This document shows, piece after piece, positions 28,512 to 40,267 of a stretch of DNA of 64,000 nucleotides. Within the stretch, counting starts at the first letter, position 1; each line of letters opens with the position of its first letter. The stretch spans positions 44,454,001 to 44,518,000 of the forward strand of contig NC_043006.1 of NCBI RefSeq assembly GCF_006345805.1. The letters are read 5' to 3'. Source of the DNA: Octopus sinensis. Lineage: Eukaryota. The position numbers were made by a program, and so were the translations under genes. Below the pieces are notes generated by a model. That model searched no databases. It saw only the letters and a list, made by a program, of their open reading frames with translations, and had not been told where the DNA came from.

Positions 28512-28762
28512 ATATTTTAACTTCTAAAGGTAATTTCACTGCAGTCTACTGAAGGAAAAGACTCTCACAGATGATAAAAGGTGTAAAAACATCATATCTA
28601 TCTTCCTACTGAGGAAGCTTAAGGAGCCAGAAATGCATCTAGGACTCCAGTAGAGGATTATACTGAGAAAATAAGGTGTTTTTTACACCTTTTACCATAA
28701 GCAAGAATCTTTTTTTCTCCACAGTAAACTGCAGTGAAATTTCCCTTAGAAGTTAAAACATA
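28512..28762. repeat. Inverted repeat, arms about 85 bp, enclosing a hammerhead-like spacer
   Basis: ttttaacttctaa...cactgcagt...taaaaggtgtaaaaa mirrored at 28674..28762. Confidence 0.85.
28604..28644 (+). ncRNA. Degenerate minimal type I hammerhead motif
   Basis: TCCTA-CTGAGGA-aGCTtaaggAGCca-GAA-ATGCAT-C-TAGGA; palindromic helix III, imperfect helix II. Confidence 0.5.
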
Positions 28763-29946
28763 TTAAAAAACATATCTGAACTAACTTAAAGTTTGTTTAC
28801 ATCTGATATGTTTCAACTTTTACCACTCAAGCAAAGAGTCAACATTTTAAAGTTATAAGCATCTAATCTAACTGTTCTTGGCACAGAAATGTTGACTCTT
28901 TGCTTCAAATTTGTCCTTTTATAATTATTTTATTACAGAAATGAGGAATTGTGTTGCATATAAATTACTCAAAGAGTAGCAGAAACACATCTGAAGAAGA
29001 TCCTTTTGATTATCAATTAATTAATTGATAATTGAAATTGAGGATGGTTTGAGACTAATTGATTGGATCAGTTTATAGAAAAAGGAGAACAGCATTAACT
29101 TGAAATAAACTGTTCTGTAGATATTCACCATCATCCATGGAACTTATAAATGATAGCCTGTAGAATATTGGGTTTTAAAAAAATCCTTGGATAAAAAAAA
29201 CAGGTTAAGGTTGCCCATGGGATTTGAACACGCATCTTCTATGAACATAAAATAATCTGCTGTGGTTTTTGATTTACAAAATATGGAGGGGGGGGCTTTA
29301 TAAAAGACAATTGAGAGAAAGGGGGTGCTGAGTGAGAAAAGATTTACAACCACTGATCTTGACCAACTTAACATTCTGTGCCTTAATAAACCAATGATGA
29401 TGATTATGGAGGTCATCAATCATCATCATTTAACGACCGTTTTCCATGCTGGCATGGGTTGGACGGTTTGACTGAAAACTAGTAAGCTGGGGAGCTGCAC
29501 CAAGTTCAGATCTGATTTGGCAAGGTTTCTACAACTGGATGCCCTTCCTGGATGCCAACCACTCTGAGAATGTAGTGGATGTTTTACATGCCACTGGTAT
29601 GAGTACCATTGACCTGGCACTGACATTGGCCACGACTACGGTCTCATTTGGATTGACAGGTTTATACAGCATGGTATATTGTCAAAGGTCTTGGTCACCC
29701 GTCACTGCCTCCATGTGGCCAAATACTCAAATGGTGCTTTTTACGTGCCACCAGCACAGGTGCTAGTCAGAAGGCCCTGGCATGAGCTATGACTATGATT
29801 CCACTTGGCTTGATAAGTCTCCACAAGCACAGCATAGTGCCCAACATCGAAAGGGCATGTTGATGGTAATTTTTAATGGTCAAAATAAAAATATTTAGAG
29901 GAACATGTCGCAAAAGCTTGAGATTTATATAGGGAAATATATTGTA

Positions 29947-29990
29947 CACCAGTCTCTTTGGAGGCGTGGGTTCGAATCCCGCCACTGCCA
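29947..29990 (+). pseudogene. 3' half of tRNA-Leu (AAG/TAG type)
   Basis: CACCAGTCTCTTTGGAGGCGTGGGTTCGAATCCCGCCACTGCCA: long variable arm, T-arm and 3' acceptor strand; 5' half missing. Confidence 0.85.
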
Positions 29991-30343
29991 AGAGCAATTT
30001 TTTACTACACTCACGGAGTGGTTGGCGTTAGGAAGAGCATCCAGCTGTAGAAACATAGCCAGATCAGACTGGAGCCTGGTGTAGCCTCCTGGCTTCCCAG
30101 ACCCCAGTCAAACCGTCCAACCCATGCTAGCATGGAAAACGGACGTTAAACGATGATGATGATATTTTAGCTGCATCATTGGATAAAACAGCTAACCATA
30201 TTAGGCTGAGTTTAGCTGATTAAGAAACGAGATGGCTGTGCCCAACATGTTTAGTGTAGCACAAGGTAGTAAAGGGACTTCCTTCTTTTACATCTGTTTT
30301 ACATAATGTAAACAAATCTATTTTTGAATAGTGAGAGACTTAC

Positions 30344-30518
30344 TCTAACTTTGCTGGAGCCAAGAATTACCGGTACAGTTCCAACCATAAGAGGGCGCCA
30401 CAGTTTCTCAGTCATATAGTCATCACAGATTCCATTTTCCATTGAAAAAGCAAACTTGTATTTAGCAATAAGCTTGTAAAAGTCCTTATGAGACATTCCA
30501 TTGATTGGGTCAACTAAA
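30344..30518 (-). CDS. FUT11: FUT10/11-like exon 5 (GT10 GDP-fucose motif)
   Basis: tttcag| ...YKFAFSMENGICDDYMTEKLWRPLMVGTVPVILGSSKVR |gtaagt. Confidence 0.95.
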
Positions 30519-31092
30519 CTGAAATGGTAAACAAAGAAATAATTAAGAAAAAAACCAAACAGAATAGTAATTATTAAAAACACAAACAAAACTTCTCAAT
30601 ATGATTCCATACTCTTGATATCAAGAAATGGAATATGGAGTGAAACTAAATTATTTTTGAAGGCAAAATTACAGAAATTTTTTCACATTATTTTTAAATA
30701 TATATGAGTAGAGAAAAAAAAAAGGTGTCTTCTTTTACTTGTTTCAGTCGTGGGATTGTGGCCATGCTGGGGCACTGCCTTGAAGGATTTAATCAAACAA
30801 ACTATCCCCAGTATTTATCTATTTATTTTTTTTAAAGTCTCATATTTATTCTCTCAGTCTCTTTTTCCAAACTATTTAATTACAGGGATGTAAACAAACC
30901 AACACTGGTTGCCAAGTGGTGAAGCAAACAAATACACACACACACACACACACACAAATACTCAGCTGTAGAAGCTATGCTTAAAGCAGACATTAGAGCA
31001 CAATGTAGTCCTTGGGGCCATCAGATCTTGTCAAACCAGCTAACCCATGCCAGCAAGGCACATGGACATTAAATGATGATAATGATATATAT

Positions 31093-31200
31093 ATTACTGG
31101 GAAACTGGGAGAGTGGCTGCATGATTTTCTGAATGGCAGGAGTCAGACAGTTGTAGGCAATGGTGCTCACTCTGAAGAGACATCAATTCTCAGTGGAGTC
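31093..31200 (+). mobile_element. CR1/L2-type LINE reverse transcriptase fragment
   Basis: ITGKLGEWLHDFLNGRSQTVVGNGAHSEETSILSGV, the region preceding GVPQG. Confidence 0.7.
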
Positions 31201-32595
31201 GTATATATATATATGTGTGTATATGTATGATTGTGTGTCTGTGTTTGTACCCCCAATGTCGCTTGACAACCGATGCTAGTGTGTTTATGTCCCCGTAACT
31301 TACAGTTCGGCAAAAGAGACTGACAGAATAAGTACTAGGCTTACAAACAATAAGTCCTGGAGTCGATTTGTTCGACTAAAAACAGTGCCCCAGCATGGCC
31401 ATTGTCAAATGACTGAAACGAATAAAAGAGTAAAAGCTAAATATATTCTTGTAGGAAATTAAATGAACTAAAACAACCTTAATGAATCCAACTGAAATCT
31501 CAACATCTATTCAAACGAGCTATTGAGTTCAGTATCCTAAACCAAGGATTCACAACATTATCATCACCATCGTCATTTTGATCTTCTCCCTTACTTTCCT
31601 GGTTGTTTTCACCAGTTTTAGTGTCAAACTGACAACTAGGCTGGGAGAAATGGGACTCGTTAAGGATATTTTCATCAGTGTCACTGTCGGACATGGTTAA
31701 AGTTCATGATGCTCACCTGGAACACAAAAAAAAAACAATCGATGTAAAACCACAGTATATAGGAACTTCAACCATGTTTCGTGGTCTTCTACCACAACAG
31801 CTCCTTTATAGGATCCAGTTAGCTGAAGACATCATCAAGAGGAACTACGTCAGGTTTCGGCCCCTACTCCTCTACCGTTTTGATGTGGCAGGGCCCCCCT
31901 CTTTCGAAGGTGTCTTCAGCTCTGGTGTTTGGTGCATGTCTTCTTTCTTCTGTTCCCTGGCCTCTTCGATGTAGCATCAACGAGTGTCAGCGGGCAACTG
32001 ACTGCCTTGTCAAATTTTTTTCCCTTTAAATACCTGCCGCTAGGCTCCAGCAGACAGCCCTAGCAAGTTGTCACATGACACTGTCTCAACTTTAACTGAC
32101 CAATGAAGGCGCATAGTCTTAGCCCTCGCATTCTCTAAACGAGACAGTCGCCTGTCAATCAGCGAAGCTAAATCAGTGTCAGCTTGTCTCACCTAGTGAT
32201 GTTATTTTCCTACCGGAATGTTATGACTTTCAAGCCATTTTTGGTCTTCCCACTTCAACCATATATAGAAGCTGGCTTTTTCGACCGCCTCCTGTACTCT
32301 CCGTATTAGTTTTCTCAGCTCTGAGCTAGAAAAAACAAGTCTTCTTTTGAATAGCATTGTCATTTTTCTTTCAATGAAGCCCCTTGGAAGCCACCTTTGA
32401 AAGGCCCAATCTAATTGGCTGGTATGAAAACCAGCCAGCTAATCTTGAGGCTTGTACCATTCGGCCAACAGACTGGCCCCAATTGTCTTCTTTGTTGTTT
32501 GATTTTTTTCAGCCAAGAGACCAGCCTTGCTGTCTCCTAAGTGTTAAAGAAAAAAAAATTGATAAACGAAAGTATATACATAAAAGGCTACTTAC

Positions 32596-32999
32596 TGCTT
32601 TGGTAAATCTTTGTTATGGAGGCAGCTGCCATACGAATCAATTTTCATATATTTCTGTAAATATTTCACATAGGTGTCCCTGTCGGAGGGAGTGTCACAG
32701 TCACTGTGAACATATAAAATGGGAGCAAGTTCACTTTGGTATCTTGTCTTTTCCGATGTTGGTAGGAGATAAGTTGTATCTTGAAGCCATTCAAGTGTAG
32801 GTAAATGCTGTGTGGAAATGGGGTAGTCTGATTCTCGTCGAAACGTACACGTATGATTAAACAAAGTCATGATGGGTTTGTGAGAAAAGAGGTAATTGTT
32901 CTTTGGTGACTCTTCGTGTAAAAGTGCCCATTCATGATGAGGTTTTCTTGGCAAAGGTAAATCATTGGGAGTGAAATCTGTGCCATAAAACATAAAAAC
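32596..32999 (-). CDS. FUT11: FUT10/11-like exon 4
   Basis: tttgtag| VFMFYGTDF...LPLPR...WALLHEESPKNN...HSDCDTPSDRD...IDSYGSCLHNKDLPK |gtaagt. Confidence 0.95.
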
Positions 33000-33398
33000 C
33001 TACAAAATTTGAGAAAAAAAAAGAAAAGCATCAGTGATATCCTTTGTTTAAATACAAGATAATTTTGGGGCTATTGCAAAAGGTACAAGCTCATAGAACC
33101 ATGCAGTGGGACCAAACTCAAAACCATGTGCTTGGGAAGCAAACTTCTTAACCACACAGCCACACTTTATTTATTGGCACGTAAAAAGCACCAACTGATC
33201 ATGGCCGTTGCCAGCACCCCCTGGCACATAAAAACCACCCACTACACTCACGGAGTGGTTGGTGTTAGGAAGGGCATCCAGCTGTAGAAACACTGCCAGA
33301 TCAGACTGGAGCCTGGTGCCGCCTCCTGGTTTCCCAGAACCGGTCGAACCGTCTAACCCATGCTAGCATGGAAAACGGACGTTAAACGATGATGATGA

Positions 33399-33442
<44 letters not shown>

Positions 33443-33654
33443 GAACCTGTAAATATATATAAATATAATATATATATAATTCCAAAAGAGTTAGAGGTTG
33501 TTAATCCAACCAACTAAGGGATAATATCTATCCAATATACTGCTGGTAGAATACCCAATTATTAATGCACAATTGTTTTTTTTTATTTGCATGGCAATTA
33601 CAGTACTGAATGTAATAAATGGGTGAGGGTAAAAAAAGTTTTTTACCTTTAATT

Positions 33655-33934
33655 TATACAGCAATAAGAAAATGGAGGGGATCACGAGGTGGTATTCATC
33701 AATTTTTAAACATTATATTATGTCTATTTATTTAAAAATAAAATGATTATAATAATATACATACATGTATAGCATATTATGCTTTATATATACAATATAT
33801 GTAAAGCATAATATGCTATACATGTATGTATATTGTTATAATGGTATTTTTTAAAAAATAAATAGACATAATATAATGTCTAAAAGTTGATGAATACCAC
33901 TTCTTGATCCCCTCCGTTTTCTTATTGTAGTATA
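33655..33934. repeat. Long inverted repeat, arms about 135 bp
   Basis: Arms are reverse complements around a centre near 33793. Confidence 0.9.
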
Positions 33935-33956
33935 TATATATTTAGTATACACACTA

Positions 33957-34890
33957 TCTATATCTATAAGATTCACTGTGTATGTGTGTGTTTCCTCTAT
34001 GCACAGCCAAACTGCTGGATCAATCTGTACCAAATTTGGCATGAAGGTTTTTCATTACTCAGGGAAGGTTCTAGCAGGAGGTCAAATTTTGGCCCTTGCC
34101 CATATAGGGGGCTGCAGCCCTTCCCTATACAATCCTCCTGATTTTTTTTTCAGCAGTATAATACTGTTTCACTTTTATCTACAAAATTCACTGTGTGTGT
34201 GTGTAGCATGTCAGATGGAGTCTCAATACAGATGGGAGATGATACTTGCCCCAAATTTCCAAATGAATTAATGGCACATGCTGCTCAGGCAGTAAGGTAA
34301 GATTACCAGCATTACCTGCTCCTCCTCAACCTCATATATATTTTCTGGAAGGCACTTCCATTTAGTCAAAGGATTTTCTGAACAATATCAGATAATACAA
34401 TTCTGCATTTCAAACAACATTGTTTGGGGCATCTAAGGAGATAGTTGAACGTGGATTTACACCAATGTTTAAGGGCAAGTCTATCACCTCATTGCTTCCT
34501 TGTTACCCGCAAATGAACACTTATACTTCTTCCAAATTTACTTTAGGCATGATGTAAGACAACAAACCTGAAGGAGGTGTCAAAACTTCAGACAATGGGT
34601 TGTATTAGATGCAGTGCTGACTGCTGCAAATGAGAGCATATTCACTGACAGCTTTTTGGTGCATTCAAAAATCACATACCTCCCACCCCCAATTTCCATG
34701 ACAGGTTAGGGCCTGCAATACTCCAAACAGAGGCATGACATGTCACTTAGTCAAATTAGCCCATCATTTACTCTACAAATGTTTTGTCGTCAATGCTGCA
34801 CTTTCCCATATCACCTGTTTCAATATAACTGTAATATATATACAAAATATGCCATTTTAATCCCAAGCAATGCCGGGTATCTCTGATCTG
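33957..34890 (+). mobile_element. Decayed Helitron-like element
   Basis: TC start and cccaagcaatgccggg subterminal hairpin similar to the 8702 element. Confidence 0.5.
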
Positions 34891-34896
34891 ATCTGA

Positions 34897-34934
<38 letters not shown>

Positions 34935-35059
34935 GATGAGAGAGAGAGAGAGAGAGAGAGAGTACCTGTAAATAGCATAGTATGTCTGCATGTGCAAATC
35001 CAAGAACAGGAAAAAACAACTAAAGTCAATTAGATGTATACAGTAAATATATTAGATTA

Positions 35060-35295
35060 ATTATTTCTTTATTGCCTACAAGGGGCTAAACATAGAGGGG
35101 ACAAAAAAGGACAGATAAAGGGATTAAGTCAATTTCATCGACCCCAATGCGTAACTGGTACTTATTTAATTAACCCCGAAAGGATGAAAGGCAAAGTCGA
35201 CCTTGGTGGAATTTGAACTCAGAACGTAGTGGCAGATGAAATACTGCTAAGTATTTTGCCTAGGGTGCTAACGATTCAGCCAGCTCCCTGCCTTA
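35060..35295 (-). mobile_element. tRNA-derived SINE, family B (MetaSINE-like core)
   Basis: ggcagggagctggc...gagttcaaattcc...gcctttcatcctttcggg...taagtaccag; copies at 20..243(-), 5700..6190 (tandem), 14148..14350, 21900..22410. Confidence 0.8.
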
Positions 35296-36452
35296 AAATA
35301 AATATATTAGATTAATGCTTAGTGAAAGTTTTAGATGGAAAAATTGGAGTAGAAATGATATTTTGAGCATGGCACTTCATCAGATAGAGGACAGTCTTGA
35401 GAAGAGGCAAAAGAGGAAGCACTAGGTAAGTTTTTTTTTCATGCCACTGGCACTAGTGGAGCTTTTGAGTAACTTTCAAGACAAGAAAGAACAACAGGTA
35501 AAAAGAAGAGCTGCCTTCTCAACTGAGTGGTTGTGGTGGGATTATTTGAGAAAGTAGAGAGATTTTATACTAGGGAGAAGCAGAGGTAGAAATGTGTCTT
35601 GCTATTAAGAAGATATATGGCTGCGCTGCATTTATATATGGGTGGGTAGGAGTATCTGGAAAAAGGGTAAGATAGCAGAGATGGGGTGCCAGAGCAAGAC
35701 CCTCAAAAAGCAACAGATGATATAGGCAGAAGATCAGGAGGAAGGTGTGTACCGGATGGGTAGAAGTTGTATGAGGTGGGGTAGAGGTAAATTTAGTGAG
35801 TGATGAACTGGAATGGTTGTGCGACGATGGGAAATATCAGTATGGGAAGAAAGAGAGATGAGGGTGGCTCAAGGATTATAGTTTAGGGAGAAGAAAATGA
35901 TGAGTAAAGCATAGGAGTAGTGGGGAGAGAGATGTGGAGGTATATAAGGAGTAGCTATGGTGAGACATGAGAGTGGGAATGATAGCCAATATGCAATGTG
36001 TTAAGAGAAAGGGGGGTTAGCTGGAGGCATGAGGGAAGGAAGGAAGGAATGAACGAAGGCAATAACTTGTAGTACAAAGGGTTAGAGGAGGTAATGTGTC
36101 AAGGAGGGATGGTTGTTGGGTGAGGGGTGAGTAGGGTGATGAGATATGGGGAATGCTTGACAGGGGTCAGTATGGGTGTCGGGGCAGTGCCCAGCACATA
36201 CAAACTCAGGCAAAATATCTATTATTCTTTTTATGTAATTCATGGTGAATAAAATCACAAGCCTGATGCACAAATGGCACACAAACAATGAAAACTACAT
36301 TTTTCAGAACTTTAAAGCACTTGCAGATTAGTAAAAGACAAGTCTTTGGATTATAAAGACAGAGTGACATGACAGTTGTGTCATGTATATAAAGTTAGTT
36401 AATTTGAAAGGAGATCAGGAGTGAAAAGAAGAAAATGATTCGGTCCACTTAC

Positions 36453-36625
36453 CTTTGTGTTTGGGTGATATTTATAATGTCTGTCTTCGGTGAACACACA
36501 AGTGACATTCTTGCACTTCAAAACATTGAACTGTTCACCAGTGAATTTAGTCCACCACACTATAATTGGATGAGCAATGTTTTCTTGAAGGGCATCTGCA
36601 GAGCCTAATTTATGATGGTCAACTT
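36453..36625 (-). CDS. FUT11: FUT10/11-like exon 3
   Basis: attccag| ...HPIIVWWTKFTGEQFNVLKCKNVTCVFTEDRHYKYHPNTK |gtaagt; in-frame alternative acceptors at 36604 and 36595 make the 5' edge uncertain. Confidence 0.85.
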
Positions 36626-39539
36626 CTGGAATTTAATACAAGCCAAGCATGTTAGAGCTAAACAAATTCTTTCAAAAATATATGATACTTTTAATGAGAA
36701 GTTATAAATCTGACTGAACTTTAAATGGTGGGGAAAACGGATCTTTTCTCTTTGAACAGCAGATCGAGAAATTAATTTTTTGTAACTAAACACTTTCAAA
36801 CTTCGGACACTGGTAGAAGGTGTCATATAAAAAACATCTTTTACTCTTAGTGTTGTTGAGAAAAGTTTATGTAATTCATTATTTAAGTACATTTAATAGT
36901 GTTGACCAAGGTGACCATTCCCTGGGTTTGAAAAAATAGTAATCTGGAAAGGCTTTGGAACTGATGGTTTCAGAAAATCAATATTGTACTTGTACCATAA
37001 GAACACTTTACCTTTTGACCCAGCTAATTAGTAAAGGGATACAAGATAACCATTAATGAACATCAACAAACTTTCAGTCTTTTTCGATTCTTAATAACAG
37101 CCATTTTTATGCGACACAAATGAATCTGTTCAAATTAAAACCAGCATACTCACTTTCAGAATTCCCACGGGGCATCTAGACATTATTTTATCACAATATA
37201 TTTGGGATTTGAAAGATCAACACATCCATTTTCATATGAAATGGAAAACTTGGTATCATGCTAAAGTTTGCAACCAAATTTTCAACAGCTGTGATTTTTG
37301 CATCTCTGATGTCACAGGCATTAGGGTGAAATCAAAATGTTTCTTCCAAGTTCAGTCCCATTGGATGGTACCTTGGATGAGTTGTCTTCTGTTATAGCAC
37401 TGGGCTGAAACAATACCTTTGTGAATGAATTTGGTAGACTGAAACTATAAGGAAGCCCATTGTGTATCATCATCATTTTAACATCCATTTTTCCATGACT
37501 GAAATGGTTTTCTATTGCTGGATACCCTTCCTGTCACCAACCTTCACAAGCAAAGTAATATTTCCCCCCAGGCCAGACATCTTCTCCCAGAATATTGGAA
37601 ATGAATGACACTGCCTGTGTGACAGTGACACTCATTTACAGCCATATGAAGACAAGGAGGCACAAACATACTAACACTCACACACAAATATACACATATG
37701 TATGATGGGCTGCTTCTAGTTTCCAACTACCAAATCCACTCACAAGGCTTTGGTCAGCCTGAGGCTATAGTAGAAGACACTTGCCCAAGGTGCCACACAG
37801 TGGGATTGAATCCAGGACCATCATCATTGTTTAACACCCTCCTTCCATGATGGCATGGGTTGGACAGTTTGACAGGAGCTAGCCAGGCAGGAGCCTGTGT
37901 CAAGCTTCTGGGTCTGTTTTGGCAGGGTTTTTACAACTGGATGCCCTTTGTAACACCAACCAATCTATAGAGTGGGCCAATTGTTTTTTACATGGCACTT
38001 GCACAATCGAGGTTAGTTTTGGAATGGTTTTTACAGGTGGATGTCCTTCCAAATGCCAACCACTTTACAGTGTAGTTGGGAAACAAGTTTCTTACTACAC
38101 AGTCATGCCTGCACCTATATATGTGTGTGTTGTTCCCTTCCACTACTTGACAATTTTTTTTTTCTTAGAATGTTTAAGGGAAGATCTATTGATATGTAAA
38201 CATGTGTGACTGTGTGTGCATCATGTATACAGAATAACAGACAAACCGTCACAAGAACAAAATGTATGTGTGTAAGCCTAGATGTATGCGTGTGTGTTAA
38301 GAACATAGAAGAATGGCAATGAAGAAGCAGACAGTGAAAGAGTATAAGCATCAAAGTGAGAAGTTCAAAGACACAAGAACGAGAATACCAGTTTGTAGTC
38401 AATTGTACATGGTAGTTGAAATACTGTATCAAGATGTTGTGGCCATGATGCTGAGCCAGTTGTAGGTACATGTCGTTTGTGAGGTCGTGGTGTGAGGGTC
38501 ACTAGGTAGTATATTAGCTGTTGATCTATGGTGAAGTAATTCACGAACAATGAAGTACTGGAACTTGGGTGAGTTGCTGGTTGAGCTGTGTATGTAGAGA
38601 GATGATGTTGATGATGTTAAGAAGATGATGGCGGTGATGAAAATGGAGGTTGCTGTAATACTGTTGGACGGGTGCTGCCGTCTGGCATTGTCACTGGAAC
38701 TGGTTATGTCTTGCGTGGTCAGTGGCTAGACCTTAAAAGGTCTGGAACTGAAAGACCCACTACTTGACAATTGGTGTTGGTTTGTTTACATTCCTGGAAC
38801 TTAACAGTTCAGCAAAAAGAGATTGATAGAGTAAGTACCCAGTACTTAAAGATAAATACTTAAAGAACAGAAATGCTTATTCTATAGAATAGAATAAGTA
38901 CCCAGTACTTAAAGAATAGAAATACCTAGTACTTAAAGATAAGTACTGGGGATGATTTGTTTAACTAAACCCTTCAAGGATGTGCCCCAGCATGGCCACA
39001 GTCCAATGACTAACACAAGTAAAAGATTAAAAATACTTTGTTTTGTAATTAGATTTATATCATCACTACAGGAGACCTAAGTGTAGATCAAGAGTGAGAT
39101 GGTTGGATAATATCCATGGTTTTGGAATCCAACCAGAAACTCTAATGATTGTTGCTTGTGACAAGACCCCCACCCACACTCCGGAGGAGGTGCCTGAGGA
39201 CTCTACTCCCGCGACCCTTCCAGGAATAGCATGTGGAGAAAATGGATGGACAGACAGAAATTACATATCAAGGTGTAATTTATTTGCTTGATGATCGATG
39301 TTTCATTCAAACAGACTGACGATGATGAAGGGATATGGGCAGTAAGGGTAACTTAAAGATGATTTCGGAAGAATAAAAGAAATGAAATCTGAATCTATTA
39401 GGCTTACAGATGAATCAATTTAGTGTTAGGATAGTTCAGAATTTGTATTACAGGTATTTCCAAACAATCTCAACAAGGAAAAATAGTTGGACAAGGATAA
39501 TGGAAAATACCTGATAAAAGAAAAGGTGAAAATTCATAC

Positions 39540-39594
39540 CTTTGAAAACCATGGGTTCATTGATGAAGACCTTCTCCTCTCCAGTGATAAGCAT
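39540..39594 (-). CDS. FUT11: FUT10/11-like exon 2 (stem region)
   Basis: strong polyT ttcag| MLITGEEKVFINEPMVFK(E) |gtatga; 55 nt, phase 0 in and phase 1 out, fitting both neighbours. Confidence 0.75.
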
Positions 39595-40267
39595 CTGAAA
39601 TTAAAAAAAAAACAAAATCAAAATCGATCAACATCAATGGAAATCGTAGCTGTGATACCAGTGCCGGTGGCACATAAGAGAACCATCCGATCGTGGCCAT
39701 TACCAGCCTCGCCTGGCCTCCGTGCCGGTGGCATGTAAAAAGCACCATCTGATCGTAGCCGTTTGCCAGCCTCGTCTGGCACCTGTGCCGGTGGCACGTG
39801 AAAAGCAGCCACTACACTCATGGAGTGGTTGGCGTTAGGAAGGGCATCCAGCCATAGAAACATTGCCAGATCAGACTAAGCCTGGTGCAACCTTCTGGCT
39901 TCCCAGACCCCAGTTGAACCGTCCAACCCATGCCAGCATGGAAAGCGAATGCTAAACGATGAAATGTTTTATAACATGTTAAAACAAATGATAATGAAGG
40001 AAGTAATATTTTTCTCTTATAGCAAAGAGGACATTGGTTTTCTCCTATAAACTTCTTGATGCAGTTTGATGCTTGAAGATTCTTCTTAATTTTTTGAGGC
40101 GGTTAACTCTTTAGCATCTAAACTGGCCATAGCCGACTCAAATTTTACACCTGTTTTATATGCCTGACCATATTCAGCCTTTCACACTTACCCTACGATG
40201 TCAGACTAAAAATAAACAAGCACATCATTGAAACCTCAACTTTTTGACCCATATATATATATATATA

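Noticed and set aside
29947-29990. Functional tRNA gene
   Set aside because: 5' acceptor strand, D-arm and anticodon are absent
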